This document shows, piece after piece, positions 28,177 through 36,180 of a stretch of DNA of 64,000 nucleotides. The notes beneath the pieces were generated by a model. It had not been told where the DNA came from. It made no database searches and saw nothing but the letters and a program-made list of their open reading frames with translations. Made by a program: the position numbers and the translations under genes. The stretch's first letter is position 1, and every line of letters starts with the position of its first letter. Source of the DNA: an uncultured Candidatus Saccharibacteria bacterium (GTDB taxonomy: Bacteria > Patescibacteriota > Minisyncoccia > Phycocordibacterales > Phycocordibacteraceae); the NCBI GenBank assembly GCA_964391975.1, contig CAYMNZ010000002.1, positions 12,708-76,707 on the forward strand, read 5' to 3'.

Positions 28177-28252
28177 TTGGGGCGACTAGAGAGAATCGAA
28201 CTCTCGATGCCTGGACCACAACCAGGAGTTTTACCACTAAACTATAGTCGCC
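28177..28252 (-). tRNA. tRNA-His (GTG), encoded G-1 and CCA
   Basis: The cloverleaf folds on the minus strand. The anticodon loop is TTGTGGT, a 5' G-1 pairs with C73, and the 3' CCA is encoded. Confidence 0.8.
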
Positions 28253-28331
28253 ATGTACCGAGTTTTTATAGCACAGGAACAGGAAACGCGCCCTGAACGA
28301 GAAAGACCGGCAGTGCCGGTCTTTGTGCCTG

Positions 28332-28413
28332 TGCCCGGGAGAGGACTCGAACCTCCATGCCTTTCGACACTACCACCTCAAGGTAGCCTGTATACCAATT
28401 TCAGCACCCGGGC
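28332..28413 (-). tRNA. tRNA-Leu (GAG)
   Basis: Type II tRNA with a long variable arm. The anticodon loop is TTGAGGT and the T-arm is GGAGGTTCGAGTCCTCT. Confidence 0.8.
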
Positions 28414-28442
28414 AGGTGTCCCGTACTATACCCACTAGCTAC

Positions 28443-28466
28443 AAAAAAGGCCAGGTTTCCCTGGCC
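28443..28466 (-). terminator. rho-independent terminator downstream of rplS
   Basis: GGCCAGG-gaaa-CCTGGCC hairpin followed by TTTTTT on the minus strand. Confidence 0.7.
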
Positions 28467-28471
28467 GTTTG

Positions 28472-28981
28472 TTAGGCTGCTGCCTTCTCTTCCTCCTTCT
28501 CCTCAGGAACTGCCTCTGCAATCACCTCGGCTACAGTCTCTTCAATGACGTCTGCTGGAGTCTCTTCAGTCACTGCCGCAAGTACTTCCTCGACTACCTC
28601 AGGCTCAGCAAAGTCGGTAGTGGAGACATTCATCATGCGCATGTTGCGGAGCTGGCGGCGGACCTCACGAGCAACCTTCTCGCGGATGAAGTAGAGCTTC
28701 GCGCGGCGAACCTTTGAGCGCTTCACAATCTCAATCTTCTCGATAAACGGAGCGTAGAGGGGGAAGACGCGCTCAACACCAATGCCCGAGAGCGTAGCGC
28801 GAACCGTGAAGGAGGCACCTGCTTCGGTACCGTGCTTAACGGCAATCACGAGACCCTCAAATACCTGGAGGCGGGTCTTGCCCTTCTCGATAATCTTCTG
28901 GTGGACGCGGACAGTGTCACCCGGCTTAATGCCGAGCTTGGTGCGCTCTTCCGTCTTTACCGGAGTGATTATCTTTCCCAT
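28472..28981 (-). CDS. rplS: 50S ribosomal protein L19 with a C-terminal acidic extension
   Basis: 169 aa. The L19 core is [29 protein letters not shown]. It is followed by about 50 aa of Glu/Ala/Val-rich tail. Confidence 0.9.
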   Translation of the reverse strand: MGKIITPVKTEERTKLGIKPGDTVRVHQKIIEKGKTRLQVFEGLVIAVKHGTEAGASFTVRATLSGIGVERVFPLYAPFIEKIEIVKRSKVRRAKLYFIREKVAREVRRQLRNMRMMNVSTTDFAEPEVVEEVLAAVTEETPADVIEETVAEVIAEAVPEEKEEEKAAA

Positions 28982-29005
28982 AGTCGCCGCACTCTATCAC
29001 AGCGC

Positions 29006-29746
29006 CTATATAGAGGCAATCGCGTCCTCACTCCCTGGGAATGCCTTGAGCGCGGCGGCCATATCAGGCGGCAGCGGGGCGGTTAGCTCGAGAGTCTCGC
29101 CCGTGGGGGTCGGAAGTACGAGCCTGTAGGCGTGGAGGCCGAGGGTCTTGAACCCGAGCTCGCAGGGATGGTTAGGAGCATAGAGGGGGTCGCAGACCAC
29201 TGGGTGATGAATGGCCTTCAGGTGCACACGAATCTGATGCGTACGGCCAGTTTCAGGCATTACTTTCATAAGGGAGTACTTCTCGTTGTCAGCAAGCACG
29301 AGGTAGTTGGTGATGGCTTCGCGGAGTGTGCCTTTCGCTTTGGGTTGTGCGGAGCGGAGACGGAAATCTTTCCGAGAGCGTCCAATCGAGAAATCAATGG
29401 TCCCTTTCCGTTCTTTTGGTACGCCGTAGGTAAAGGCGAGGTAGGTCTTCTTGGCCAGTCGGTCCTTGAAGGCTTGTTTCAAGAATTCATGCGCTTCAGG
29501 TGTCTTCGCGAATACCAGCACACCTGAGGTCTCTCGGTCGAGCCGATGCACGACGCCCGGGCGCCTAATCTCAGTACCGTTTTGCAGTCGTTGTGTCTCC
29601 CCCACCTCCGCACTTCCTGGATACGTGCGCGCAAACCAATCGCTTCCGGTCTCTTCGTCCCCTTTCCCATCAGGGTGCGTCATCACGCCCGCCGGCTTAT
29701 TCACCGCAACGAGTGTGTCATCTTCGTAGATGATGGGGAGTTCCAT
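29006..29746 (-). CDS. RluA-family pseudouridine synthase
   Basis: 246 aa. The catalytic motif HRLDRETSGVLVFAK and the downstream RTHQIRVH motif are present. There is no S4 domain. Confidence 0.85.
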   Translation of the reverse strand: MELPIIYEDDTLVAVNKPAGVMTHPDGKGDEETGSDWFARTYPGSAEVGETQRLQNGTEIRRPGVVHRLDRETSGVLVFAKTPEAHEFLKQAFKDRLAKKTYLAFTYGVPKERKGTIDFSIGRSRKDFRLRSAQPKAKGTLREAITNYLVLADNEKYSLMKVMPETGRTHQIRVHLKAIHHPVVCDPLYAPNHPCELGFKTLGLHAYRLVLPTPTGETLELTAPLPPDMAAALKAFPGSEDAIASI

Positions 29747-29760
29747 TTCCCTACCCTACC

Positions 29761-30441
29761 TTATTTACCGAGACGGCGCTCACGCGACGCGTACTGCGCG
29801 AGGATGGAATCGAATTCTTCTTTGGTAAACGCAGGCCACTTGGTCTTCGGAAAGAAGAGCTCACTGTAGGCAGATTGCCAGGTGAGAAAGTTCGAGAGGC
29901 GCTGGTCCCCACCGGTGCGGATGATGAGGTCTGGGTACGCAAGGTCTGCGCTCCACATTGCTTTACGAAATCCTTCTTCATCGATGCTTTTCACTCCCGA
30001 GGCAAGAAGCGTGTTCGTTGCCGCGACAATCTCTGCGCGCCCGCCATAGGAAATAGCAACGGTAAATATTCCTTTTGTGCCCTCCTTCGTCTTCTCTTCA
30101 GCCTCCTGCATCTTTTTCTGCAGTGTCTGCGGCAAACGCTCACGCTGCCCGATGAAGCGAATCTTCACACCTTTCTGTTCAAGGTCCTTCGCGAATGTAT
30201 CAAAAGATTCCTCAAACAGATTCATGAGGTACTGCACTTCTTCTTTCGAGCGGTTCCAGTTCTCCGTTGAGAACGCGTAGAGGATAATTTCTTTCACACC
30301 TGCTTCCTGTGCCCAGTCTGCAAGCTCGCGTACCTTCTCGAGTCCACGACGGTGCCCCTCAAGCTGGGGCATGCCGTTCTCTTTCGCGAAGCGGCGATTG
30401 CCGTCCATGATGACGCCCACTGATGTGGGGACGTTACTCAT
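29761..30441 (-). CDS. uppS: undecaprenyl diphosphate synthase (isoprenyl transferase)
   Basis: VGVIMDGNRRFAKENG, ENW and RTGGDQRLSNFL motifs are present. The start is taken at MSNVPTS (30441); the listed ORF could extend to 30462. Confidence 0.88.
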   Translation of the reverse strand: MSNVPTSVGVIMDGNRRFAKENGMPQLEGHRRGLEKVRELADWAQEAGVKEIILYAFSTENWNRSKEEVQYLMNLFEESFDTFAKDLEQKGVKIRFIGQRERLPQTLQKKMQEAEEKTKEGTKGIFTVAISYGGRAEIVAATNTLLASGVKSIDEEGFRKAMWSADLAYPDLIIRTGGDQRLSNFLTWQSAYSELFFPKTKWPAFTKEEFDSILAQYASRERRLGK

Positions 30442-30712
30442 AGGAGATAACAAAATCCACAAACTCTCCGGTTGCCGGCAGGAATGTTGGCCTCACATCC
30501 TCCACCTTCGAGAACAGGGAGCCTTTCTTGAGACGCTCAATGTAGAGTTCGAGCCTTTCGCGTGGTCCTTCGGCGATAACTTCGACCATTCCGTCTGTTC
30601 GATTGCGCACATAACCTACTAATGAGAGCCCACTTCCCTTCCGTTGGGCAAAATCACGGTACATCACGCCCTGTACGCGCCCCGATACCGTGGCCTTAAG
30701 CCGTTCATTCAT
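30434..30712 (-). CDS. acyP: acylphosphatase
   Basis: 92 aa. VSGRVQGVMYRDF and GYVRNRTDGMVEV are the acylphosphatase signatures. Confidence 0.8.
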   Translation of the reverse strand: MNERLKATVSGRVQGVMYRDFAQRKGSGLSLVGYVRNRTDGMVEVIAEGPRERLELYIERLKKGSLFSKVEDVRPTFLPATGEFVDFVISYE

Positions 30713-30784
30713 ATATATAAGAACTGAGCATACGCTACGGTGGTTGCTTCCAAAACAGCGCCGGGTGCGCTATCGTCTTCACAT

Positions 30785-30857
30785 CGGGCGCTTAGCTCAG
30801 TTGGTAGAGCACCCCGTTTACACCGGGATGGTCAGAGGTTCGAGTCCTCTAGCGCCC
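30785..30857 (+). tRNA. tRNA-Val (TAC)
   Basis: GGGCGCTTAGCTCAGTTGGTAGAGC...TTCGAGTCCTCTAGCGCCCA, with anticodon loop TTTACAC. Confidence 0.8.
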
Positions 30858-30877
30858 ACACCGTATATTGGAAGTAT

Positions 30878-31421
30878 CATGTCCGACGAAGACAAATTCA
30901 CGAGACGGAAGGTCACCGAAGCGTTGATAGCCGGAGCTGCAGCAAGCGCGCTCACGGGGGACACAGAGCAACCATGGCCACCTGCCGATGGCCTCTCCGA
31001 CCACGACATAGATCGGCTCGTGCACTGGGGCCAAGGAGCGGATGCAGACGGACGCCCGTACGGTGCCTACCAAGGTGTGCGCACTCGCATTTACGAAGCT
31101 CGCAGAGAACGCCAGAGCATCACACCCATCCTCGAGCAATTACACGCTGAACGACAGCGCATTACTCCAATGGTGATGTACGAGCATCTCCTCGATATTC
31201 TTATCGCCTACGACCACGGAAATGGGCTAACCATCGCAGAACGTCAGGGTATCTGCGAGATCGTCGCATCGTGGCCACAGCAGTTTGAAGTGAACGGCGT
31301 AACGAAGACTCGCATTAGTCTTGTCGACGGCATCGTGGGCACCGCACCCGTCATGCGCGAGCTTTTGATAAACGAAACGATTCTATCGAGAGAAGAGCTT
31401 GAACTCTTCAATCAAGGATAG
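30878..31421 (+). CDS. hypothetical protein (between tRNA genes)
   Basis: 181 aa from the ATG at 30878 (MSDEDKFTRRKV...). The longer listed ORF from 30690 would run through tRNA-Val. No family recognised. Confidence 0.45.
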
Positions 31422-31503
31422 TGGGCATGAGAGGACTTGAACCTCCAAGGATTGCTCCACACGAGTCTGAGTCGTGCGCGTATACCAATTCCGCCACATG
31501 CCC
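31422..31503 (-). tRNA. tRNA-Leu (CAG)
   Basis: Type II tRNA on the minus strand with a long variable arm. Anticodon loop CTCAGAC, T-arm GGAGGTTCAAGTCCTCT. Confidence 0.75.
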
Positions 31504-31526
31504 GCACTGCTCGCTTCCGCCAGCTG

Positions 31527-31598
31527 TGCCCCCACCAGGAATCGAACCTAGATCAACGGCTTAGAAGTCCGCTGCTTTATCCATTAAGCTATGGGGGC
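31527..31598 (-). tRNA. tRNA-Arg (TCT)
   Basis: GCCCCCATAGCTTAATGGATAAAGC...anticodon loop CTTCTAA...GGTTCGATTCCTGGTGGGGGCA on the minus strand. Confidence 0.7.
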
Positions 31599-31617
31599 AA
31601 CTTCACACTACCCTGCC

Positions 31618-31917
31618 TTAGCGCGCCGGGTCAACGAATTCGTAAAAGCTGCGATATCTCGTCTCCTCCGACGCACGAATCTCGAGCACCTCACGGGCTT
31701 TAGGGAGCGCATTGAGCGCAGGCGTTGAAGCTGCCGGCGCCTCTACGGTGAAGCCCTCCCCATTCGTCACGCGGTAGAAAAGCCACGCGTTCCAAGCAAC
31801 ACTCGCGATAAGAAGGATGAGTGCAGCGGCAAGGAGCACGAACCAGTCGCGTACGGGACGAATGCGATCGCCGTAGCCAATCTTTGGAATGTGTTTTGTG
31901 AGTCCTTGGAGGTTCAT
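31618..31917 (-). CDS. small membrane protein, fourth gene of the pilMNO operon
   Basis: 99 aa from the Met at 31917 (MNLQGLTKHIPKIG...), with a single TM segment. Its ATG overlaps the pilO-like stop (ATGA). Confidence 0.4.
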   Translation of the reverse strand: MNLQGLTKHIPKIGYGDRIRPVRDWFVLLAAALILLIASVAWNAWLFYRVTNGEGFTVEAPAASTPALNALPKAREVLEIRASEETRYRSFYEFVDPAR

Positions 31918-32480
31918 ACGTCGAGTTCTTCCTCTACTGGGGCTGCGGTCGGAGTAGGCGGTGGCGCCACTACCCCCGCAGGGTTCATCCCCACTGAAAC
32001 CACGCCGGTTGCTGTCCACTCCCCTTCGCTGCTGGCGTTAGTGTCGAGCGTAAGGTTCATCATTGATGCATCATACGAACCAAATTCAATCGCCCCGAGT
32101 GTGCGCATGACAGAAGCGAATGAGCCGGTGGCACGGAACGAAATGGAGAGACGTGCATTGCCTGCCGGAGTCACCGATACAACCTCAACTAAACTTCCAA
32201 GCTCATCTCCGGTAGTCTCCAGGTTCTCAAGGTACGAGACGACGGTGCTCGTTGAAACGAAATAGGAACCGAAGAATGCTTCGTCCGCCACGAGTTTCGA
32301 AAGCGCAGAACGTGCGGAGGCGATGTCTGCGGCTGCCTTGTCTGCCTGCTCCGCCTGAGTCGCAAGTTCCGCCACCTCTTGCTCAAGCGCCGTCACCCGT
32401 GCGTACCAAAATACGTAGGCAGTGCCCGCAGCAGCGAGCAGCACAAGCGCAATCACCAGATGTATCAGTGACTTCTTCAT
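31914..32480 (-). CDS. pilO: type IV pilus assembly protein PilO-like
   Basis: 188 aa. An N-terminal TM segment is followed by a coiled-coil (ALEQEVAELATQAEQADKAAADIASA) and a C-terminal beta-rich domain. It is positioned after pilN with a 4-nt overlap. Confidence 0.55.
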   Translation of the reverse strand: MKKSLIHLVIALVLLAAAGTAYVFWYARVTALEQEVAELATQAEQADKAAADIASARSALSKLVADEAFFGSYFVSTSTVVSYLENLETTGDELGSLVEVVSVTPAGNARLSISFRATGSFASVMRTLGAIEFGSYDASMMNLTLDTNASSEGEWTATGVVSVGMNPAGVVAPPPTPTAAPVEEELDV

Positions 32481-33043
32481 GGTGTAGGGGCAAAGGTACC
32501 GGAGAGTGTGATGGTGAACGGTATGTCGCTTTCTTTGGCATACGCACTTATGGGAAGGTCAGCGCCTGAAACCCCCGGCAATGTCGCAAGCGTGCTCTGG
32601 TAGCGCCTCAAGGCGTCACGAGACGCTGCGGTGCCAGTGACCTTCATCTGCCCCACGGCCTTCCCTGCAGGCGGCGTGAACGAGAACCCGGTAAGACTGA
32701 TGCCTGAGCGCGGCAGCGTAAGAATGGAGCGCACGCTCGCGACTGCCGACGGAGTGCCTCCAATCTTTGCGAGGTGCTCGGTCTCACTATCTAGCGCTGA
32801 GAGGCGACCAACAATCTCCTGGTCTCCCGAAGAGGCAAGACGCTCAGCAATTGCATCAAGACGACCCTGCTCAAGAGATTTTGATTGCTGCAGGTTGAAG
32901 TAGGCAGGGGCGAGCAGGATGCCGTGAATAACGATAAGCAGCGAAAGGATGAGCGCGGTTATCGTGCCTAGACGAAAGAAGTAGTCGTTCTGAAATGCTC
33001 GACGACGCTCATCCGGGAGTAGGCGAATAAGTTTGGTAATCAT
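32477..33043 (-). CDS. pilN: type IV pilus assembly protein PilN
   Basis: 188 aa. The PilN N-terminal signature IRLLPDERRRAFQNDYFFR (INLLP..R...R) precedes a TM segment. There is a 4-nt overlap with pilM. Confidence 0.7.
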   Translation of the reverse strand: MITKLIRLLPDERRRAFQNDYFFRLGTITALILSLLIVIHGILLAPAYFNLQQSKSLEQGRLDAIAERLASSGDQEIVGRLSALDSETEHLAKIGGTPSAVASVRSILTLPRSGISLTGFSFTPPAGKAVGQMKVTGTAASRDALRRYQSTLATLPGVSGADLPISAYAKESDIPFTITLSGTFAPTP

Positions 33044-34122
33044 GGTACGTGTTGCCGAAGCGCGAGCCCAATAGCGGTTCCATACGCAAGTGACTGCATG
33101 TAATCAAGCGGTGGAAGCCAGTCATCGCGTGAGGCAAGATTTACAAACACGTCGCCGAGCTCAACAGGGAGCTTGAAGCCGGCCTCAAGATATTCTGGAA
33201 GGCCACGCACCGTTGCATTGCCCCCTACGAGAATGGCCCGCGTGACCGGATCGTTGCCGCTTTCTTTCGCATGCGACTGCCAGTAGTCGAGGCGCTGCCC
33301 AATCTCCTCGCGAATCACCGCTGCAGTTGAAAGCATGGCTGCCACATACTCTTCTCCCTCACTTCCAGAGACGATGCCCTTCTCTGCTTTAATCTTGCGC
33401 GCTTCTTCTTCTGAAACACCAAAATGTTTTTCAATGGCGAGCGTAAGCGCATGCCCGCCAATGTCGAGCGTCGTTGCAAGCCGAGGAATGCGGGCAGTAA
33501 CAATGAGGAGCTTGGTGGTGGTCTTACCAATATCAATGATGAGTACCGTCTCGGTGTCTCCGTGCTGGAGCAAGGCGCGCGGGAGCGCAAAGTTCTCGCT
33601 CTCCACTCCGCGAACGGTAATGCCCGCTTCTTCGAGCGCAGAAACTGATTCCTCAATCACACGGCGCGCGTACCCGATGCCAGCTACACGAACTGCCCCC
33701 TTCCCTTCCTTGAGCGGAACAATATCGAACATCACCTCTGCTGGGGGAATCGGTACGTACTCATCAATGTGCGCCTCTATTGAAGTCCTTCGAGCTGCGT
33801 CGGTGTCGCCTTCTGCATCTGCTTCAAAGAGGTAGCCACGCGATTCCGGGAGCGCGATATTGGCAAAGTGAATGCTGTGCTTTTTTGCGAGCGTCTTGAG
33901 CCCTGAGACAACCGCTGCGCGGTCGGCAATTTCACCGTTAGCGACCGCCCCGAGTGCAAGATGTTCTTCACCGAAGCCAGAGAGTTCAAGACCATCGGCG
34001 TGCTCTGTAAGAAAGGCAATCTTAATGCCACTCGTTGAGATGTCGACGCCCGCAGTTGGGAGCGCGAGGTAGCCGGGAGGTGCAAGCTCCACGCGCGCAA
34101 ATCGAGCGAGCGATCCTTTCAT
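33040..34122 (-). CDS. pilM: type IV pilus assembly ATPase-like protein PilM (actin/FtsA fold)
   Basis: 361 aa from the Met at 34122. It has an FtsA/actin-like architecture (GVDISTSGIKIAFL...IDIGKTTTKLLIV...VGGNATVRGLPEYLEAG). Confidence 0.8.
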   Translation of the reverse strand: MKGSLARFARVELAPPGYLALPTAGVDISTSGIKIAFLTEHADGLELSGFGEEHLALGAVANGEIADRAAVVSGLKTLAKKHSIHFANIALPESRGYLFEADAEGDTDAARRTSIEAHIDEYVPIPPAEVMFDIVPLKEGKGAVRVAGIGYARRVIEESVSALEEAGITVRGVESENFALPRALLQHGDTETVLIIDIGKTTTKLLIVTARIPRLATTLDIGGHALTLAIEKHFGVSEEEARKIKAEKGIVSGSEGEEYVAAMLSTAAVIREEIGQRLDYWQSHAKESGNDPVTRAILVGGNATVRGLPEYLEAGFKLPVELGDVFVNLASRDDWLPPLDYMQSLAYGTAIGLALRQHVP

Positions 34123-34144
34123 CCCTATGAGTATAGCAAAGGGA

Positions 34145-34471
34145 TTAGTGCGCTCCGGTTCCTGGAGGCACTTGTTTGTGAGGAGTGAGGAACGCGAACG
34201 AGTCACCCTCGCCTACCGCAAAGAGCATGCCGTTGCTTTCGAGTCCTTTAATAGTTCTCGGTTCGAGGTTGGTCACAAAGGAGAGTTGCTTACCCACGAG
34301 CTCCTCAGGGTCAGTAACATACATATTGATACCCGAGACTATCTGGCGTGGGGACTCTTCCCCGAGGTCCACCATAAGCCGCAGGAGCTTGTCGGTTTCG
34401 GGTACGCGTTCAGCCGAAAGCACGGTGCCTACCTTTATTTCTGCTTTCTTTAAATCTTCAAGCGTTATCAT
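34145..34471 (-). CDS. stand-alone tRNA-binding protein (Trbp111/CsaA/EMAP OB-fold domain)
   Basis: 108 aa. MITLEDLKKAEIKVGTVLSAERVPETDKLLRLMVDLGEE...QLSFVTNLEPRTIKG matches the MetRS C-terminal-type tRNA-binding domain. Confidence 0.75.
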   Translation of the reverse strand: MITLEDLKKAEIKVGTVLSAERVPETDKLLRLMVDLGEESPRQIVSGINMYVTDPEELVGKQLSFVTNLEPRTIKGLESNGMLFAVGEGDSFAFLTPHKQVPPGTGAH

Positions 34472-34856
34472 GGGCTTCAATATAGTGGGTAAGGATAAGC
34501 GCTGCAGCGGAGGCGTCAACGGTACCACCTGAAACACGCGAGCCGTCGGGCATACGACGAGCTTCTTCGGTAGTCAGTACCTCGGGCATGAAGTGGAGCG
34601 GGATGCCTGCCTTCTCCGCTAGTGCTTCGGCAAACGCGCGAGCAGGTTTGGCGACCGCATTCTCCTCCCCTTGGTAGTTCATGGACTCTCCCACAACAAT
34701 TGCTCCCGCTCCTTCTTTCTGTATGAGGGCGAGAACGGTGTTCATGAGCTTCCCGTCGTTCGGCACCACTGAGTGTGGAAATCCCATGCGACCAGCGTCG
34801 TCCGTGAGCGCGAGGCCTATCTTGCGCATGCCGAAATCAATTCCCAGGTACTTCAT
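34458..34856 (-). CDS. ruvX: Holliday junction resolvase-like protein RuvX/YqgF
   Basis: 133 aa from the Met at 34856. MKYLGIDFGMRKIGLALTDDAGRMGFPH is the YqgF signature. Confidence 0.85.
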   Translation of the reverse strand: MKYLGIDFGMRKIGLALTDDAGRMGFPHSVVPNDGKLMNTVLALIQKEGAGAIVVGESMNYQGEENAVAKPARAFAEALAEKAGIPLHFMPEVLTTEEARRMPDGSRVSGGTVDASAAALILTHYIEAHDNA

Positions 34857-34880
34857 ATGCTGATGGTATACTCTACCTCT

Positions 34881-35162
34881 ATGTATAGTCCATTCGGCGC
34901 AGAGATGTTCCCTTTCATGGGTGCGTTCGCAGGACTCTTTGTTGTCGTCATGCTCTGGACCTTGGTCTGGAAAGGTATCGCGCTCTGGCGCGCCGCTAAG
35001 AACGGTCAGGTCCTTTGGTTTGTCGCGTTTCTCCTCATTCACACGGCAGGCATCCTCGAGATTGTGTACCTCGTGTGGTTCCGTAAGGATCGGGCTACTG
35101 TTCCCTTCCGCTCACTTTTCGTGTACAAAGCCTCTACGGCGCCTGAGTCATCAGCGCTGTAG
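34881..35162 (+). CDS. small membrane protein
   Basis: 93 aa from the ATG at 34881 with two hydrophobic helices (FAGLFVVVMLWTLVWKGIALW, VLWFVAFLLIHTAGILEIVYLVWF). It is divergent from ruvX. Confidence 0.45.
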   Translation: MYSPFGAEMFPFMGAFAGLFVVVMLWTLVWKGIALWRAAKNGQVLWFVAFLLIHTAGILEIVYLVWFRKDRATVPFRSLFVYKASTAPESSAL

Positions 35163-35166
35163 ATTG

Positions 35167-35251
35167 GGAGGAGTGGCAGAGTGGTCTATCGCACCTGTCT
35201 TGAAAACAGGAGTGCCGCAAGGTACCGTGAGTTCGAATCTCACCTCCTCCG
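35167..35251 (+). tRNA. tRNA-Ser (TGA)
   Basis: Type II tRNA with a long variable arm. Anticodon loop CTTGAAA, T-arm GTGAGTTCGAATCTCAC. Confidence 0.75.
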
Positions 35252-35253
35252 CA

Positions 35254-36150
35254 CTAGTTCGCCGGAACGTTAAAATACCCCACGAGTTCGTCCTCAATGT
35301 GGTAGTGGTGTAGCTGTTTATTGAATCTGTTTTCGATAGGAATCTGTATTGGATGGAACCCAGGCTTGAAGTACAAGAGCCAGTACTTGACCACCAGATA
35401 GTAAACGCCTTTCTTCCCAAGAAGGTACGGCAGCCCTGTTTGCCACATGCTCCATTTCCACAGGAGTTTTTTCTTTACGAGAAAATCTATGAGGCAAGGA
35501 ATATGTGTGGACAGAAAGAGTAGGCTCACAAACGCTCCGATGCTTACGCGAAGAAAGTATCCACCGCCGAGCGCACGATAGAGGTCCATTGCCGTTGAGC
35601 GGTGTTCCATCTCTTCAATACAGTGCCAGCTCCATATGCGATCCATGCGTTCGTCCGTGTCTTCTCCCTCAAGTACACCCACTTCTATAACCTGTTTCGA
35701 GAAAATGGCAGTGAAATGTTCAATGATGGTGCAGGTCACGAGCCGCATCTTGAGCGTAAATATCCTTTCAAAGAACAGCAGCAGGACCTTGGTTTCTGCG
35801 ACATGCTTTGAGGCAGGAAGTCCCTGGGAATCCAAGTAGCGATTATAGGCGTCGTGCATCGCAGCATGAGCGAGCTCCTCGTGTATGAGAATCTCTGCCT
35901 GCTTCTTGAGCACGGGGTCACTTACCAGTTTCTGCGCGTCTTCTACCGCACGCACGATGAATCGCTCTCCTTCAGGCACTGTTGCGGAGCTCGCATTAAA
36001 GGCGAAGGTGAGAAGCGCGTTGTCCTTACACCACCATTCTTGAATGGGCACCCGGTCCCGGGTCAATTTGAGCGCCGCCTGTCGTTCCCGCTCATTTATG
36101 ACCGCTTCCTCCATATAGAGAAAGTATAGCGTGCCGCTCCCCTCCCTCAT
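35254..36150 (-). CDS. putative metal-dependent hydrolase-like protein
   Basis: His/Glu motifs HEELAHAAMHD and WSWHCIEEMEH suggest a di-iron or metal-binding helical fold. The start is taken at the Met at 36150 because the longer listed ORF to 36819 overlaps guaA by more than 600 nt. Confidence 0.45.
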   Translation of the reverse strand: MREGSGTLYFLYMEEAVINERERQAALKLTRDRVPIQEWWCKDNALLTFAFNASSATVPEGERFIVRAVEDAQKLVSDPVLKKQAEILIHEELAHAAMHDAYNRYLDSQGLPASKHVAETKVLLLFFERIFTLKMRLVTCTIIEHFTAIFSKQVIEVGVLEGEDTDERMDRIWSWHCIEEMEHRSTAMDLYRALGGGYFLRVSIGAFVSLLFLSTHIPCLIDFLVKKKLLWKWSMWQTGLPYLLGKKGVYYLVVKYWLLYFKPGFHPIQIPIENRFNKQLHHYHIEDELVGYFNVPAN

Positions 36151-36180
36151 CAAGATGAAGGCGTTGTGGTACCATAGGTC

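Noticed and set aside
30690-31421. 243-aa ORF beginning at 30690.
   Set aside because: Its first 60 codons run through acyP's antisense region and straight through tRNA-Val. The start was moved to the ATG at 30878, after the tRNA.
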